A DNA stretch of 62,671 nucleotides, from assembly GCA_016928855.1 (NCBI GenBank), contig JAFGKA010000039.1, positions 1 through 62,671 of the forward strand. The letters are read 5' to 3'. Numbering within the stretch: the first letter of the stretch is position 1; each line of letters begins with the position of its first letter. This DNA is from Phycisphaerae bacterium. GTDB lineage: Bacteria; Planctomycetota; Phycisphaerae; UBA1845; PWPN01. The notes beneath the pieces are model-generated. The model was not told the origin of the DNA and ran no database searches. It saw only the letters and a list, made by a program, of their open reading frames with translations. Shown here in pieces: positions 28,007 through 37,177 of the stretch. The translations under genes and the position numbers were made by a program.

Positions 28007-31000
28007 ATGCGCTTCATTCGCACAGTCATGCTCGCCTGGCTCGGAGGGCTGGTCGGATTCGCCACCCCGGCCGTCGCCGCCACACCGACATGCGGATTTG
28101 CCCGTCAAGCCATCATCGTGGACGGCCGGCTGGACGACTGGAGCGGAATCCAGCCCAACGTCGTCCAAGGCCGGGAACACCTGTGGTTCGGCCAGGGCAT
28201 GACGCCGGATAGGTGGCGGGACGACAGCGACCTGAGCTACCAGTGGCGCGGTGCGTGGTTTGGCAACAAGCTGTTCTTCGCCTTCGAAGTCACCGATGAC
28301 CACGTGCTCGATCCGACACAGCCCTCTGCCTTTCTGTGCGATTGTGTCGAGATCTACATCGACTACGCCAACCGCGGCGGCCGGCGTGTCCACGTGCTCG
28401 ACGGCCGGGAGGATTGGTTCGCCGCCTGCAAGCCCGGTGAGCTGCTGGGCTACGAACTGCAGTTCCTGCCCACCCAGCCCGCCCGCGTATATCTCGACCA
28501 TGCTGACAAGTATCTGGTCGCCAAACCGCAGACCGAGCGTTTTGTCCGCGAATGGGCCGGCGAAATCGTCGCCACGAAAACGGCCCAGGGTTACTTGATG
28601 GAAATCGGTTTCGCCTTGCCCGATGTGGCGATCAGCGCGGGACGCACAATGGGTATTGAGACCGGGGTGTGCGACGACGACGGCGCCGGACGTGAGAGCA
28701 TCATGATGTGGACCGGCACCAAGGGCGACTTCTGGTTGACGATGGACGGGTACGGCAAGGCGACTCTGGCCGACGGCGGTGAACCTCGCAAACCGGAAAC
28801 GCGCCCGATCGGCAGTCTGGCCACGGGCGCCGTCGTTCTTGGCGTTCAGAACGCGGACATGAGCTGGGGCTTGCGAATCGCGGACGCGGGCCGGGCTTCA
28901 TGCCATCAACCCAGCCCCGTTCAACTGGAGTTCTACCGGGAGAGCGTCCGGAACGTACTGCCGACCAGTCGCGAGCAGCTCCGACTCTGGCAATACGCGA
29001 CAAGCCGGCCCGCCTTCGGCTGGTCCAGGCAGGACTTCGATGCGTCGGACTGGCGCCAAGGTCCCGGCGGCTTTGGAGTAACCGGTACACCCGGAGCGGC
29101 GGTGAGCACGAAATGGGATACGTCCGACATCTGGTTGCGGAATGAGTTCGACCTTGACGAAGTACCGAAGGGTCTGTTGTGGCTGGTTGTTCATCACGAT
29201 GAGGACGCCCAGCTATTCATCAACGGCGTGGAGGCCGCGAGGCTTCGCGGCTACGTCACCAGCTACGCAGAGGTGCAACTCGCGGATGAAGCCATCGCCG
29301 CCTTGAAGCCGGGCCGCAACCTGCTGGCCGTTCACTGCCATCAGACGGGTGGCGGACAATTCATCGACGCCGGCCTGGTCGAACGCACGGCCATCAGCTC
29401 CCGACGGGCTGCCGGCTACGATACGCTTGATTTCCGCTCAAAGCAGATTCTGGGGCGTGCCAGCATCGCATGCGGGTCCACTGTCAAGGTGACCGTCGAG
29501 GATCGCTGGTCCATCGCCGGCGATGTACTTCACCTGGATCGCACCGTGAAGGTTTCCGGCGACGCTCCAGAAGGCTTCCTCTCCGCCATCAATCTCCCGT
29601 TTGAGAAGCCCATGGGGTGGTCTCAGGTGGACTGGTTCGTCCCGGGAATGATCTACGGTGGCTTCGACTACCTGACCGAAACCGCCATCGGCGGCAGAGC
29701 CCACTACCAGCCAGGCCAGTTCACCATCCGCATTCGCGAAGATCGCCTGCCCGCGCCGCTCCTGGCCGCTCGCTTTGAGGATGGGCACACTTTGGCCATC
29801 CTCAATCCGGCACCCCGCGGAGACACCACGGCTGCCGACTCACTCGATATCCAGGCGATCACGCTTACCGACGGACGATTCCGGTTCGGTTCGATCGGCG
29901 CAGAAGAACGCGGCGACGGACTGTCTGTCGGATATTGGTTCCCTGGCACGGAGGGCGAAGTCACCTACCGCGGTGACACATATCCCGGCGGGCACCTGCA
30001 CCGGTGGCGGCGACGCTACCACCCGCTGGAGGACGGCCTCGAACAGCACTATCAGGTCGCGTTTCGCTTTGGCCGTTCAGAAAGCTTTCCGAATTACATG
30101 CAGGCGGCCTGGCGCTGGGCATGGAATTCCCTCAAACCGGCAGTTGTGCCAGTCGACACTGATACAGCCCGGCGCAGCCTGATCGATGCCCTCGCCTCCT
30201 GCGTTGTACAGAAGGATGGCCGGACAGGTATTCCCAATTTCGTCGATTCCATGTCGAAGGACCTGGAGAGGGCCGACCGCAAGGCCATCATGGGATTCAC
30301 CGGCAAGAATCTGGAATCCGCATACTTCATGCTGCGCGAGGCGTCCCTGCCCGGCGACAGAGAGCGCAGCCAACATCTGCGCAAGCTGGCCGAACAGATC
30401 ATCGATTCCTTCGTTCGCCTCAAGATCGATCCACCTGCCGGCGAAGGTTTCAATCTGGACGACGGCCGGCCGAAAAATGCGTTGTGGGACGAGCAGATCT
30501 ACCTGCGTTCCTTCGGCGACGATATCAAGATCCTGCTGAAAGCTTATCAGCACGAGCGCAAGGAGGGCCGCGAGCATCCGGACTGGCTGACCTGGTGCCG
30601 GCGATTCGGCGATTGGCTGCTGACGCAACAGCAGGAAGGCGGAGGCTTTCCACGAACGTGGCAGGCCGGCAGTGGCAAGGTCGTATCGGCATCGCCCAAC
30701 TCGAGCTTCAACGCGATTCCCCTGCTCACACTGCTGAGTCAGATCACCGGCGAAGCCCGCTACCTGAACGCCGCGGCACGGGCGGCGGAGTTCTCATGGG
30801 AGAACGGCCAGGCTCGCGGGCAGTTTGTCGGCGGCACTATCGACAATCCGGATGTGCTCGACAAGGAGGCGGCTACCCTGTCGCTCGAGGCGTATCTCGC
30901 GCTTTACAGAGCAACGGGCGATCATCGCTGGGTGGAGCGGGCCCGGGCCGCCGCCGATTTCGCCGAGACGTGGATCTACATCTGGGATGTGCCGATGCCC

Positions 31001-31417
31001 AAGGATGATCTCAATGCGGGCATCCACTGGAAACACAACGTTTCCACCGTCGGGCTGCAGCTCATCGCATCCGGCCATTCCTTGGTCGATGCCTACATGG
31101 CCTTTGATGCCGACGACTATGCCGAGCTGTACAGACTCACCGGGGATGCGCACTACTTCGATGTCGCGCGCCTCTTGCTGCACAACACCAAGGGCATGCT
31201 CGCCATGCCCGGCCGAACGTATGATCTGGGCGTACCGGGATGGCAGCAGGAACACTGGAGCCTGGCGCCGCGCCGTGGCTACGGCCTCCATCGCGGCTGG
31301 CTGCCCTGGGTCACGACTAGCCACTTGAACGGCATCTTCGGCGTCATGGATCTCGATCGAGACCTGCGGACACGACTGTTGAGCGATAAGTCAGACAGTA
31401 AAGGCAAGACCCCATAA
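28007..31417 (+). CDS. Secreted multidomain protein: CBM9-like domain, galactose-binding-like domain nested in an uncharacterised ~800-aa core ending in an (alpha/alpha)-barrel-like region
   Basis: ATG 28007 after AGGAG gives the signal peptide MRFIRTVMLAWLGGLVGFATPAVA. CBM9-like AIIVDGRLDDWSG ... GNKLFFAFEVTDDHV ... CDCVEIYIDY. Galactose-binding-like DIWLRNEFDL ... LKPGRNLLAVHCHQTGGGQFIDAGL. Confidence 0.8.
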   Translation: MRFIRTVMLAWLGGLVGFATPAVAATPTCGFARQAIIVDGRLDDWSGIQPNVVQGREHLWFGQGMTPDRWRDDSDLSYQWRGAWFGNKLFFAFEVTDDHVLDPTQPSAFLCDCVEIYIDYANRGGRRVHVLDGREDWFAACKPGELLGYELQFLPTQPARVYLDHADKYLVAKPQTERFVREWAGEIVATKTAQGYLMEIGFALPDVAISAGRTMGIETGVCDDDGAGRESIMMWTGTKGDFWLTMDGYGKATLADGGEPRKPETRPIGSLATGAVVLGVQNADMSWGLRIADAGRASCHQPSPVQLEFYRESVRNVLPTSREQLRLWQYATSRPAFGWSRQDFDASDWRQGPGGFGVTGTPGAAVSTKWDTSDIWLRNEFDLDEVPKGLLWLVVHHDEDAQLFINGVEAARLRGYVTSYAEVQLADEAIAALKPGRNLLAVHCHQTGGGQFIDAGLVERTAISSRRAAGYDTLDFRSKQILGRASIACGSTVKVTVEDRWSIAGDVLHLDRTVKVSGDAPEGFLSAINLPFEKPMGWSQVDWFVPGMIYGGFDYLTETAIGGRAHYQPGQFTIRIREDRLPAPLLAARFEDGHTLAILNPAPRGDTTAADSLDIQAITLTDGRFRFGSIGAEERGDGLSVGYWFPGTEGEVTYRGDTYPGGHLHRWRRRYHPLEDGLEQHYQVAFRFGRSESFPNYMQAAWRWAWNSLKPAVVPVDTDTARRSLIDALASCVVQKDGRTGIPNFVDSMSKDLERADRKAIMGFTGKNLESAYFMLREASLPGDRERSQHLRKLAEQIIDSFVRLKIDPPAGEGFNLDDGRPKNALWDEQIYLRSFGDDIKILLKAYQHERKEGREHPDWLTWCRRFGDWLLTQQQEGGGFPRTWQAGSGKVVSASPNSSFNAIPLLTLLSQITGEARYLNAAARAAEFSWENGQARGQFVGGTIDNPDVLDKEAATLSLEAYLALYRATGDHRWVERARAAADFAETWIYIWDVPMPKDDLNAGIHWKHNVSTVGLQLIASGHSLVDAYMAFDADDYAELYRLTGDAHYFDVARLLLHNTKGMLAMPGRTYDLGVPGWQQEHWSLAPRRGYGLHRGWLPWVTTSHLNGIFGVMDLDRDLRTRLLSDKSDSKGKTP

Positions 31418-31453
31418 GAAGCTTCGGCAACCGCGAGCGCAGCAGGAAGTGTT

Positions 31454-34400
31454 GTGAGGAAGACGATGATTCGTAACCTTGTTCTGACGGGATGCTTCAT
31501 CGCGGGCCTGCCGGCGCTGGCTGCCACCAATAAAGCACATTACTACGGCCACGACGCGGTGGTGAATGAGCACGGCGTCATTTCACCGTGGTATCAAGGG
31601 CTCAACGGCCAGTGCGACTACCGCGTCCGCATCGCGGCGGAAACCCTGAAACGCTACCCATGGACGACCACCAAGGACGCCATCGCCGCGTACCCGGCCT
31701 ACGTGTTCAGCGGGCAGTGGACGATTGCCGCCGACGGCGCGATCACCCCGCTTCCCACCAGCGACTGGGACACCGCCGACATCGGCCAGCGATCGGTCTG
31801 CGTCCTGTTCGGCATGATGGACTACTACCGCTACACCGGCGACCCGGCGGCCATCGCACATCTGACCTATATGGGCGACTTCCTGCTCGATGCCTGCCAG
31901 ACGCCGCCGGAGCATCCGTGGCCCAATTTCCCCATCAGCGTCCCCATCAAAGGCAAGGTGTTTCAGAAGTGCGACCCTAACGGCATGATCCAACTCGATA
32001 TTTGCGCCAACATGGGTCAGGGCCTGCTGCGCGCTTATCAGGTCACCGGCAACCAGCGATGGTTCGCCGCCGCCAGGCACTGGGGTGACCTGCTCGCCGA
32101 ACGGTGCGACCTCGATCCCACCGCCGATCCGTGGCCGCGCTACGCCAACCCCGAGGCCGCTCCCTGGAAGAACAACAAACAGACCGGCGGTGTGGTCTTG
32201 ATCCTCGGGTTCCTCGACGAATTGATCCGCCTGGGCCACAGCGGCAAGGACGGCGCGGTTCTCAAGGCCCGCGAGGCCGGCATCCGCTACCTGGCTGACA
32301 AGTTGTTGCCTGCCTGGCACGTGGACGACACCTGGGGCCGCTACTTCTGGGACTGGGAAAACCCGACACAGTGCTGCACGCTCGCCGCCGAGGTCCCCGC
32401 TTATCTCGTCGCCCAACGGCAACTGTTCCCGAACTGGCGCTGCGACGCCCGCAACATCATGACCCTTTTCTACAACCGCACCAGCCCCGCCCCGGAATCG
32501 GGCGGCGACGTTTACAGCGGTGCTTGGGCCTATCCGGAATCCAGTTCGTGCTGTGGCCGATCGTTGTGGTATTCGCCTCTGCTCGTCGGGAGCATCCTGG
32601 GGCAATACGCAGCCGTGTCCGGCGACGCCTGGATGCGCGAGATGGCCGTGCGCCAGTTGATCCTCCAAACCTACGACATCCATGAAACCGGCGTGACCGA
32701 AGACAACATTGATGGCGGTATCGTCGTCAACGGTGCCTGGCTGAACATTGCCCATCCGCTGCCCCTGCGCTGGGTGCTGGCAGCGATCGGCTGGCTGCCG
32801 GAGGAACTGGGCGCCAGCCGCGAGAACCACATCGTCCGCTCCAGCGCAGTGGTAAGCCAGGTCCGCTACGGCGATGGTGACATTGCGTATTCGACTTTCG
32901 ACGCCCCGCCGGAAACGGTGGATGTACTGCGACTGGCCTTTGCGCCCCAGCAAATCACAGCAAACGAACGCGCGCTCAGCGAGCGTCAGGATCTTTCAGC
33001 CAACGGTTACACTGTCAAGAAACTGTCCAACGGCGACACCATCGTTCACGTTCGCCATGACAGTGCAACCAGGGTGCGAGTGCGCGGCGAAGACCCTCAG
33101 CGTGTTCTTGACGCTTCCGCCTTGACCTTTGACGGCGCCTGGACCACGCGCGAGGAGACGGAAGCCTCGGGCAAGACATTGCGGGCGACCGAGGCTGGCG
33201 GCGCTGCCGTAGCCGCCAAATTCGAAGGCAACCAGGTCCGCCTGATTGGCGACGTCGGTCCGGCGGGCGGGTTGGCGGAGGTGTTTGTCGATGGCGTGAA
33301 ACAGCTTGTCCCCGTGGATTGCTGGAATCCAACGCCTCGCAGCCGGCAGGTGCTTTATTACAGGAACGGTCTTTCTGACGGCGAACACACCTTGAAATTC
33401 GTCGCCACCGGCACGGCCAACCCTTACTCACAAGGCCGCCACATCTACGTCGACGCCGTGCAGTTCTCGGCCGAGAACGCACCGGGCGGTCCTTCCGCCG
33501 GAACCGGTCCAACAGAGGCTCAGCGGATGATCCTTGGCTATCCGGCCCGGCAGGATTACCGCGATGCCGATGGCCATCTGTGGCGTCCTGGAACGGAGGT
33601 CGTGACGCGTCTAGCGCCCCTGCGCGACACGGTGGCGGAGTGTTGGTGGACCGATGCCGTCACCGAACCGATTACCGGCACGCCCGACCCGGAGTTGTAC
33701 CGTTATGGCTACCATGCGCGAGATTTCTGGGTGAACCTCACTGTCGGCCCGGGCAAGTATTATGTGCGGCTGAAGTTTGCTGCTACACGCGGCCTGGATA
33801 CACGCAAGAACTGCTTCGACATCCTGCTCAACGGACGCAAAGTGGTTGAACGGCTCGACGTGGCCGGCACCGCCAGCGGGGTGAACAAGGCGGCCGACCT
33901 CGTGTTTAACGGTATCACTCCAAAAAACGGCATCATTGAGATCCGTTTCACCAGTCCACTGGTGGGCGACGGAGGTCAGACGGTGCGGGGCGAGGCCTTC
34001 GTGCAGGCCATTGAGATCGGGCCGGGCCCCGGCGGCCAGGGTGCCACGCCTGTTTCCTCCACAGCGTCTGCCCCGGCCGGCAACCTGCTGCTCAACCCGG
34101 GATTCGAGGAAACAAAGGCCGGCGCGCCTGCCGACAAGCACGGGCAGTATGCGGGTGACGAATGGCGTGCCGAACTCAAAGGCTCGGCCATGGTTTACCT
34201 CTGGCAGGAAAGCGCCTTCGCCGGGCGCCCGGCGGAGGGTCTGCCCGAGTTTCATTCCGGCCAGGGCGCCCTCCGCACGCACGCCGAGAAAGACTGCCAC
34301 GCCCAAATCTACCAGGACGTCGTTGTCCAACCTGGCACCACCTATACCGGCTCCGTGTGGGTGCGCGCGGTGGACCTGCGTGGCAAAGGCTTCGGGAACG

Positions 34401-37117
34401 ACCCCGCCGAGTCTGCCGCGCTCCTCCTGCTCGAACTGGACGACAACAACAAGGTCCTGAAATCACACGAACGGGTGCTGGTAACGAAGGCCGGTCCGTA
34501 CAGGCTCTTGTCGAAGACCATCACCACCGGAAGGGAAACCACCACGGTCCGATTCTCGCTGGAAACCATCCTGAAGTGCTCCTACACAGAAGGCCACGTC
34601 ACCTACGATGACTGCGCCGTTCTTCGGGGGCCTGCTGCTACACCTGCCGTGGGTGACGGCGTCGTGAAGGATCTGCTTCCCGCCGCACAAGACATGCTGC
34701 GCGGATACATGGTCAAGTCGGTCAAGCCCATGCCTGAGCATCCCGGCATGATCCGGGTCAACTACTTCTCGAAAGCGCTGCCGGAGCCCCTCTTTCGGGA
34801 CGACCAATGGGACTGGGGCGACTGTGGTGCCCGGGCCGTGCAGGCATGGATCTGGCTGCGTGAAATGACCGGTGACAGGCATTTCGGTGAAGCCGTTGAG
34901 CAGGGCGAAATCAAGGCGCTGCTTCACGTGCTGGCCCCCGACACCGGTATGCCCTTCGTTCCGGAACGCTCCAAGCCCCAGGAGGGTACTTACTACTACG
35001 AGATGTGGGATCAAGGACGCACATTGCGGGCACTGGTGGCGATGTGGCAGGCTGAGACCACCGAACAGGCAAAGACGGATTTGCGCGGCCGAATTGACAA
35101 GATGATCTCCGGACTGAGTCAGTCAGCCACACGCGGGAGCGATCCGAAGTTCGGCTCGTTCGCTATCTATCCGTTCGAAGGTGGCAGGAATGTGCCCACC
35201 AACACGTGCGCGCTTCCCGCCGCAGGGCAACTTGTCGAACCGCTCGCCGAGTACTGGGCTGCTACCGGTGACGTCACGACCCGCGAGTTTCTTGACGAAT
35301 TGCTGGCGGGTGTCTTCTCCGGCAAGGAGGGCAAGTATGCGCGCTTCGAAGAGGACGGTTCGTTCTACGGGCACTTCCACGGCCATGCCGCCACCGCTCT
35401 GGGCGTTGCCAAGTTCGGCAAGGCGCTCTGCGAAAAGGGCGAGAAGAAGCGGGGACTGGAACTCCTGCGGTGGGCGAAGAAGGTCTACGACTGGACAGTC
35501 TCTCCGCACAACGGCCACGGCGGTTCGTCGTGGGGCTGGTTCCCGGAGAACACCGGGGAAGACCAGCAGTCGGTCAAGGAATACGCCGAGATTTGCTGCG
35601 TTGCCGACATGATCGAGTTTGCCGCACTGCTTGCCGAGTGCGCTGAGTTTGACAGCCAGTTGCACGAATGGGATTCCTTATGGGATCATGTCGAACGCTA
35701 CACCTTCAACACTATCCTTCCGCTTCAGTTCAGGATCACGGACGAGTACAAGGCCGCGTTGAAACACGCCATCACTGGCAACAAGATACAGAACGGATAT
35801 GTGCAATTCGAGCTGGACGCCAATGGATGCTTCAATCACGAGACAGCGGGACATCAGACGCTGATCACGGACACCAAGTCGGCGATTTCGCAACTGACTT
35901 ATGGAGTCGCCTACGATGGGAAGCAGGCCGTATGGCGCTATAAGGCGGGAATACGTGTCCAGCCCGTAGGCTTCGACAGCGACACTTCCCGCACCGTGAC
36001 CCCCGCCGGAATAGACGGCGTGGTTCAGACCATGGACAAAGCGCTCCGGATCGAAAGTCAGTCCGTGTGCGGGGACGGGCCGTATATCGTCCGGCGCCTG
36101 CGGATCGTCAATGCGGGCCAGGCGCAACTGAGGGATGTGCGGCTTTCGTGCATGGTGAATGTGGACACCGTCGATTACGACCATGATGTGGGTCAGGTTG
36201 AGTCGGACACCGGCTGGGCAGTGGTACATGACCAAGCTGGCTCGAGCTGGGCTGGCTTTGCAGGTGACCCCAAACCCGGCTACATCACGGCTGATGATGT
36301 TCAGCAACTGGTGGCCGGAGACGGATTCGACTGGAAGCAGTCGAAACGAAGCTTTCACGGAAACGTCGCGCTGGCCGCCGGATGGGATCTTGGCGCCCTG
36401 GATGCCGGAGAGAGCAAGACCGTGACGGTAACATACGCGGGCGCATCGAACCGGTACGATTTGCACCGTGCCTTGCGCCACGAGAAGTTCCCCGAGAAGC
36501 CCGTTTCGTCAGAAAGCATCGATGCCGCTCTGGCGGTTGCAGAGAGGCTCGCCGGTTCATGGGTGGCCCTCTTCATGCCGAACGAGTGGTACTGTCGCCA
36601 GCCTGACGGGCCGGTCGAGATCTATACCGCCGGCTGCTGCGCTTACTCCGGCCCCAGAGCGCTGTATGCGTGCTGGAAGTCGGCCGTAGCCGACGACGGC
36701 CAGACGGTGAAGATACGGATGCCGGTCTGCTGCAGAAGTGAGGTCCTGATCCAGACCGTGACAGAGGGCCCGGATCTTGTACGGCAGGAAATCCGGATGC
36801 ACCAGACGCGGCTTGTTTCCGTGCGGATTCCCGACTGGGCAGATATCGGAAAGACGCAGGCCTGCAACGGCCGGGGTGACCGGCTCCAATTGCGCACGGA
36901 TGGACGTTGGCTGCAGTTGGGGAAGATCAGACAAGATACGACCGTCACCATCACCTACCCCCTTTCCGACAGGGAGTCGACGGAACGGGTTGCCGGTGCC
37001 GGCAAGAGCATGGGGTTTTCGCCGGCGACCGAGCAGCGCTCTTTCACCGCGATCTACCGCGGCAATATCGTCATCGGCATGAAGCCCCGGCCCGAAACGT
37101 TGCCTGTCTTTCCATAG
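31454..37117 (+). CDS. Giant secreted multidomain protein (1887 aa): helical-barrel regions, malectin-like domain, CBM4/9-like domain
   Basis: Signal peptide LVLTGCFIAGLPALAA. Malectin-like DADGHLWRPGTEV ... YGYHARDFWVNLTVGPGKYYVRLKFAA ... FDILLNGRKVVERLDVAG. CBM4_9-like GNLLLNPGFEETKAG. The start may be GTG 31454 or ATG 31466. Confidence 0.8.
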   Translation: MRKTMIRNLVLTGCFIAGLPALAATNKAHYYGHDAVVNEHGVISPWYQGLNGQCDYRVRIAAETLKRYPWTTTKDAIAAYPAYVFSGQWTIAADGAITPLPTSDWDTADIGQRSVCVLFGMMDYYRYTGDPAAIAHLTYMGDFLLDACQTPPEHPWPNFPISVPIKGKVFQKCDPNGMIQLDICANMGQGLLRAYQVTGNQRWFAAARHWGDLLAERCDLDPTADPWPRYANPEAAPWKNNKQTGGVVLILGFLDELIRLGHSGKDGAVLKAREAGIRYLADKLLPAWHVDDTWGRYFWDWENPTQCCTLAAEVPAYLVAQRQLFPNWRCDARNIMTLFYNRTSPAPESGGDVYSGAWAYPESSSCCGRSLWYSPLLVGSILGQYAAVSGDAWMREMAVRQLILQTYDIHETGVTEDNIDGGIVVNGAWLNIAHPLPLRWVLAAIGWLPEELGASRENHIVRSSAVVSQVRYGDGDIAYSTFDAPPETVDVLRLAFAPQQITANERALSERQDLSANGYTVKKLSNGDTIVHVRHDSATRVRVRGEDPQRVLDASALTFDGAWTTREETEASGKTLRATEAGGAAVAAKFEGNQVRLIGDVGPAGGLAEVFVDGVKQLVPVDCWNPTPRSRQVLYYRNGLSDGEHTLKFVATGTANPYSQGRHIYVDAVQFSAENAPGGPSAGTGPTEAQRMILGYPARQDYRDADGHLWRPGTEVVTRLAPLRDTVAECWWTDAVTEPITGTPDPELYRYGYHARDFWVNLTVGPGKYYVRLKFAATRGLDTRKNCFDILLNGRKVVERLDVAGTASGVNKAADLVFNGITPKNGIIEIRFTSPLVGDGGQTVRGEAFVQAIEIGPGPGGQGATPVSSTASAPAGNLLLNPGFEETKAGAPADKHGQYAGDEWRAELKGSAMVYLWQESAFAGRPAEGLPEFHSGQGALRTHAEKDCHAQIYQDVVVQPGTTYTGSVWVRAVDLRGKGFGNDPAESAALLLLELDDNNKVLKSHERVLVTKAGPYRLLSKTITTGRETTTVRFSLETILKCSYTEGHVTYDDCAVLRGPAATPAVGDGVVKDLLPAAQDMLRGYMVKSVKPMPEHPGMIRVNYFSKALPEPLFRDDQWDWGDCGARAVQAWIWLREMTGDRHFGEAVEQGEIKALLHVLAPDTGMPFVPERSKPQEGTYYYEMWDQGRTLRALVAMWQAETTEQAKTDLRGRIDKMISGLSQSATRGSDPKFGSFAIYPFEGGRNVPTNTCALPAAGQLVEPLAEYWAATGDVTTREFLDELLAGVFSGKEGKYARFEEDGSFYGHFHGHAATALGVAKFGKALCEKGEKKRGLELLRWAKKVYDWTVSPHNGHGGSSWGWFPENTGEDQQSVKEYAEICCVADMIEFAALLAECAEFDSQLHEWDSLWDHVERYTFNTILPLQFRITDEYKAALKHAITGNKIQNGYVQFELDANGCFNHETAGHQTLITDTKSAISQLTYGVAYDGKQAVWRYKAGIRVQPVGFDSDTSRTVTPAGIDGVVQTMDKALRIESQSVCGDGPYIVRRLRIVNAGQAQLRDVRLSCMVNVDTVDYDHDVGQVESDTGWAVVHDQAGSSWAGFAGDPKPGYITADDVQQLVAGDGFDWKQSKRSFHGNVALAAGWDLGALDAGESKTVTVTYAGASNRYDLHRALRHEKFPEKPVSSESIDAALAVAERLAGSWVALFMPNEWYCRQPDGPVEIYTAGCCAYSGPRALYACWKSAVADDGQTVKIRMPVCCRSEVLIQTVTEGPDLVRQEIRMHQTRLVSVRIPDWADIGKTQACNGRGDRLQLRTDGRWLQLGKIRQDTTVTITYPLSDRESTERVAGAGKSMGFSPATEQRSFTAIYRGNIVIGMKPRPETLPVFP

Positions 37118-37129
37118 GTATTCGACTAT

Positions 37130-37145
37130 GTCAGAGATGTCTGAC
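37130..37145. terminator. Short hairpin between the convergent giant gene and the fusion-sulfatase gene
   Basis: GTCAGA-gatg-TCTGAC, a 6-bp stem with no U-tract. Weak. Confidence 0.15.
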
Positions 37146-37177
37146 GTCGGGCCTTCCATGCTTGCTCGACTCTCATG

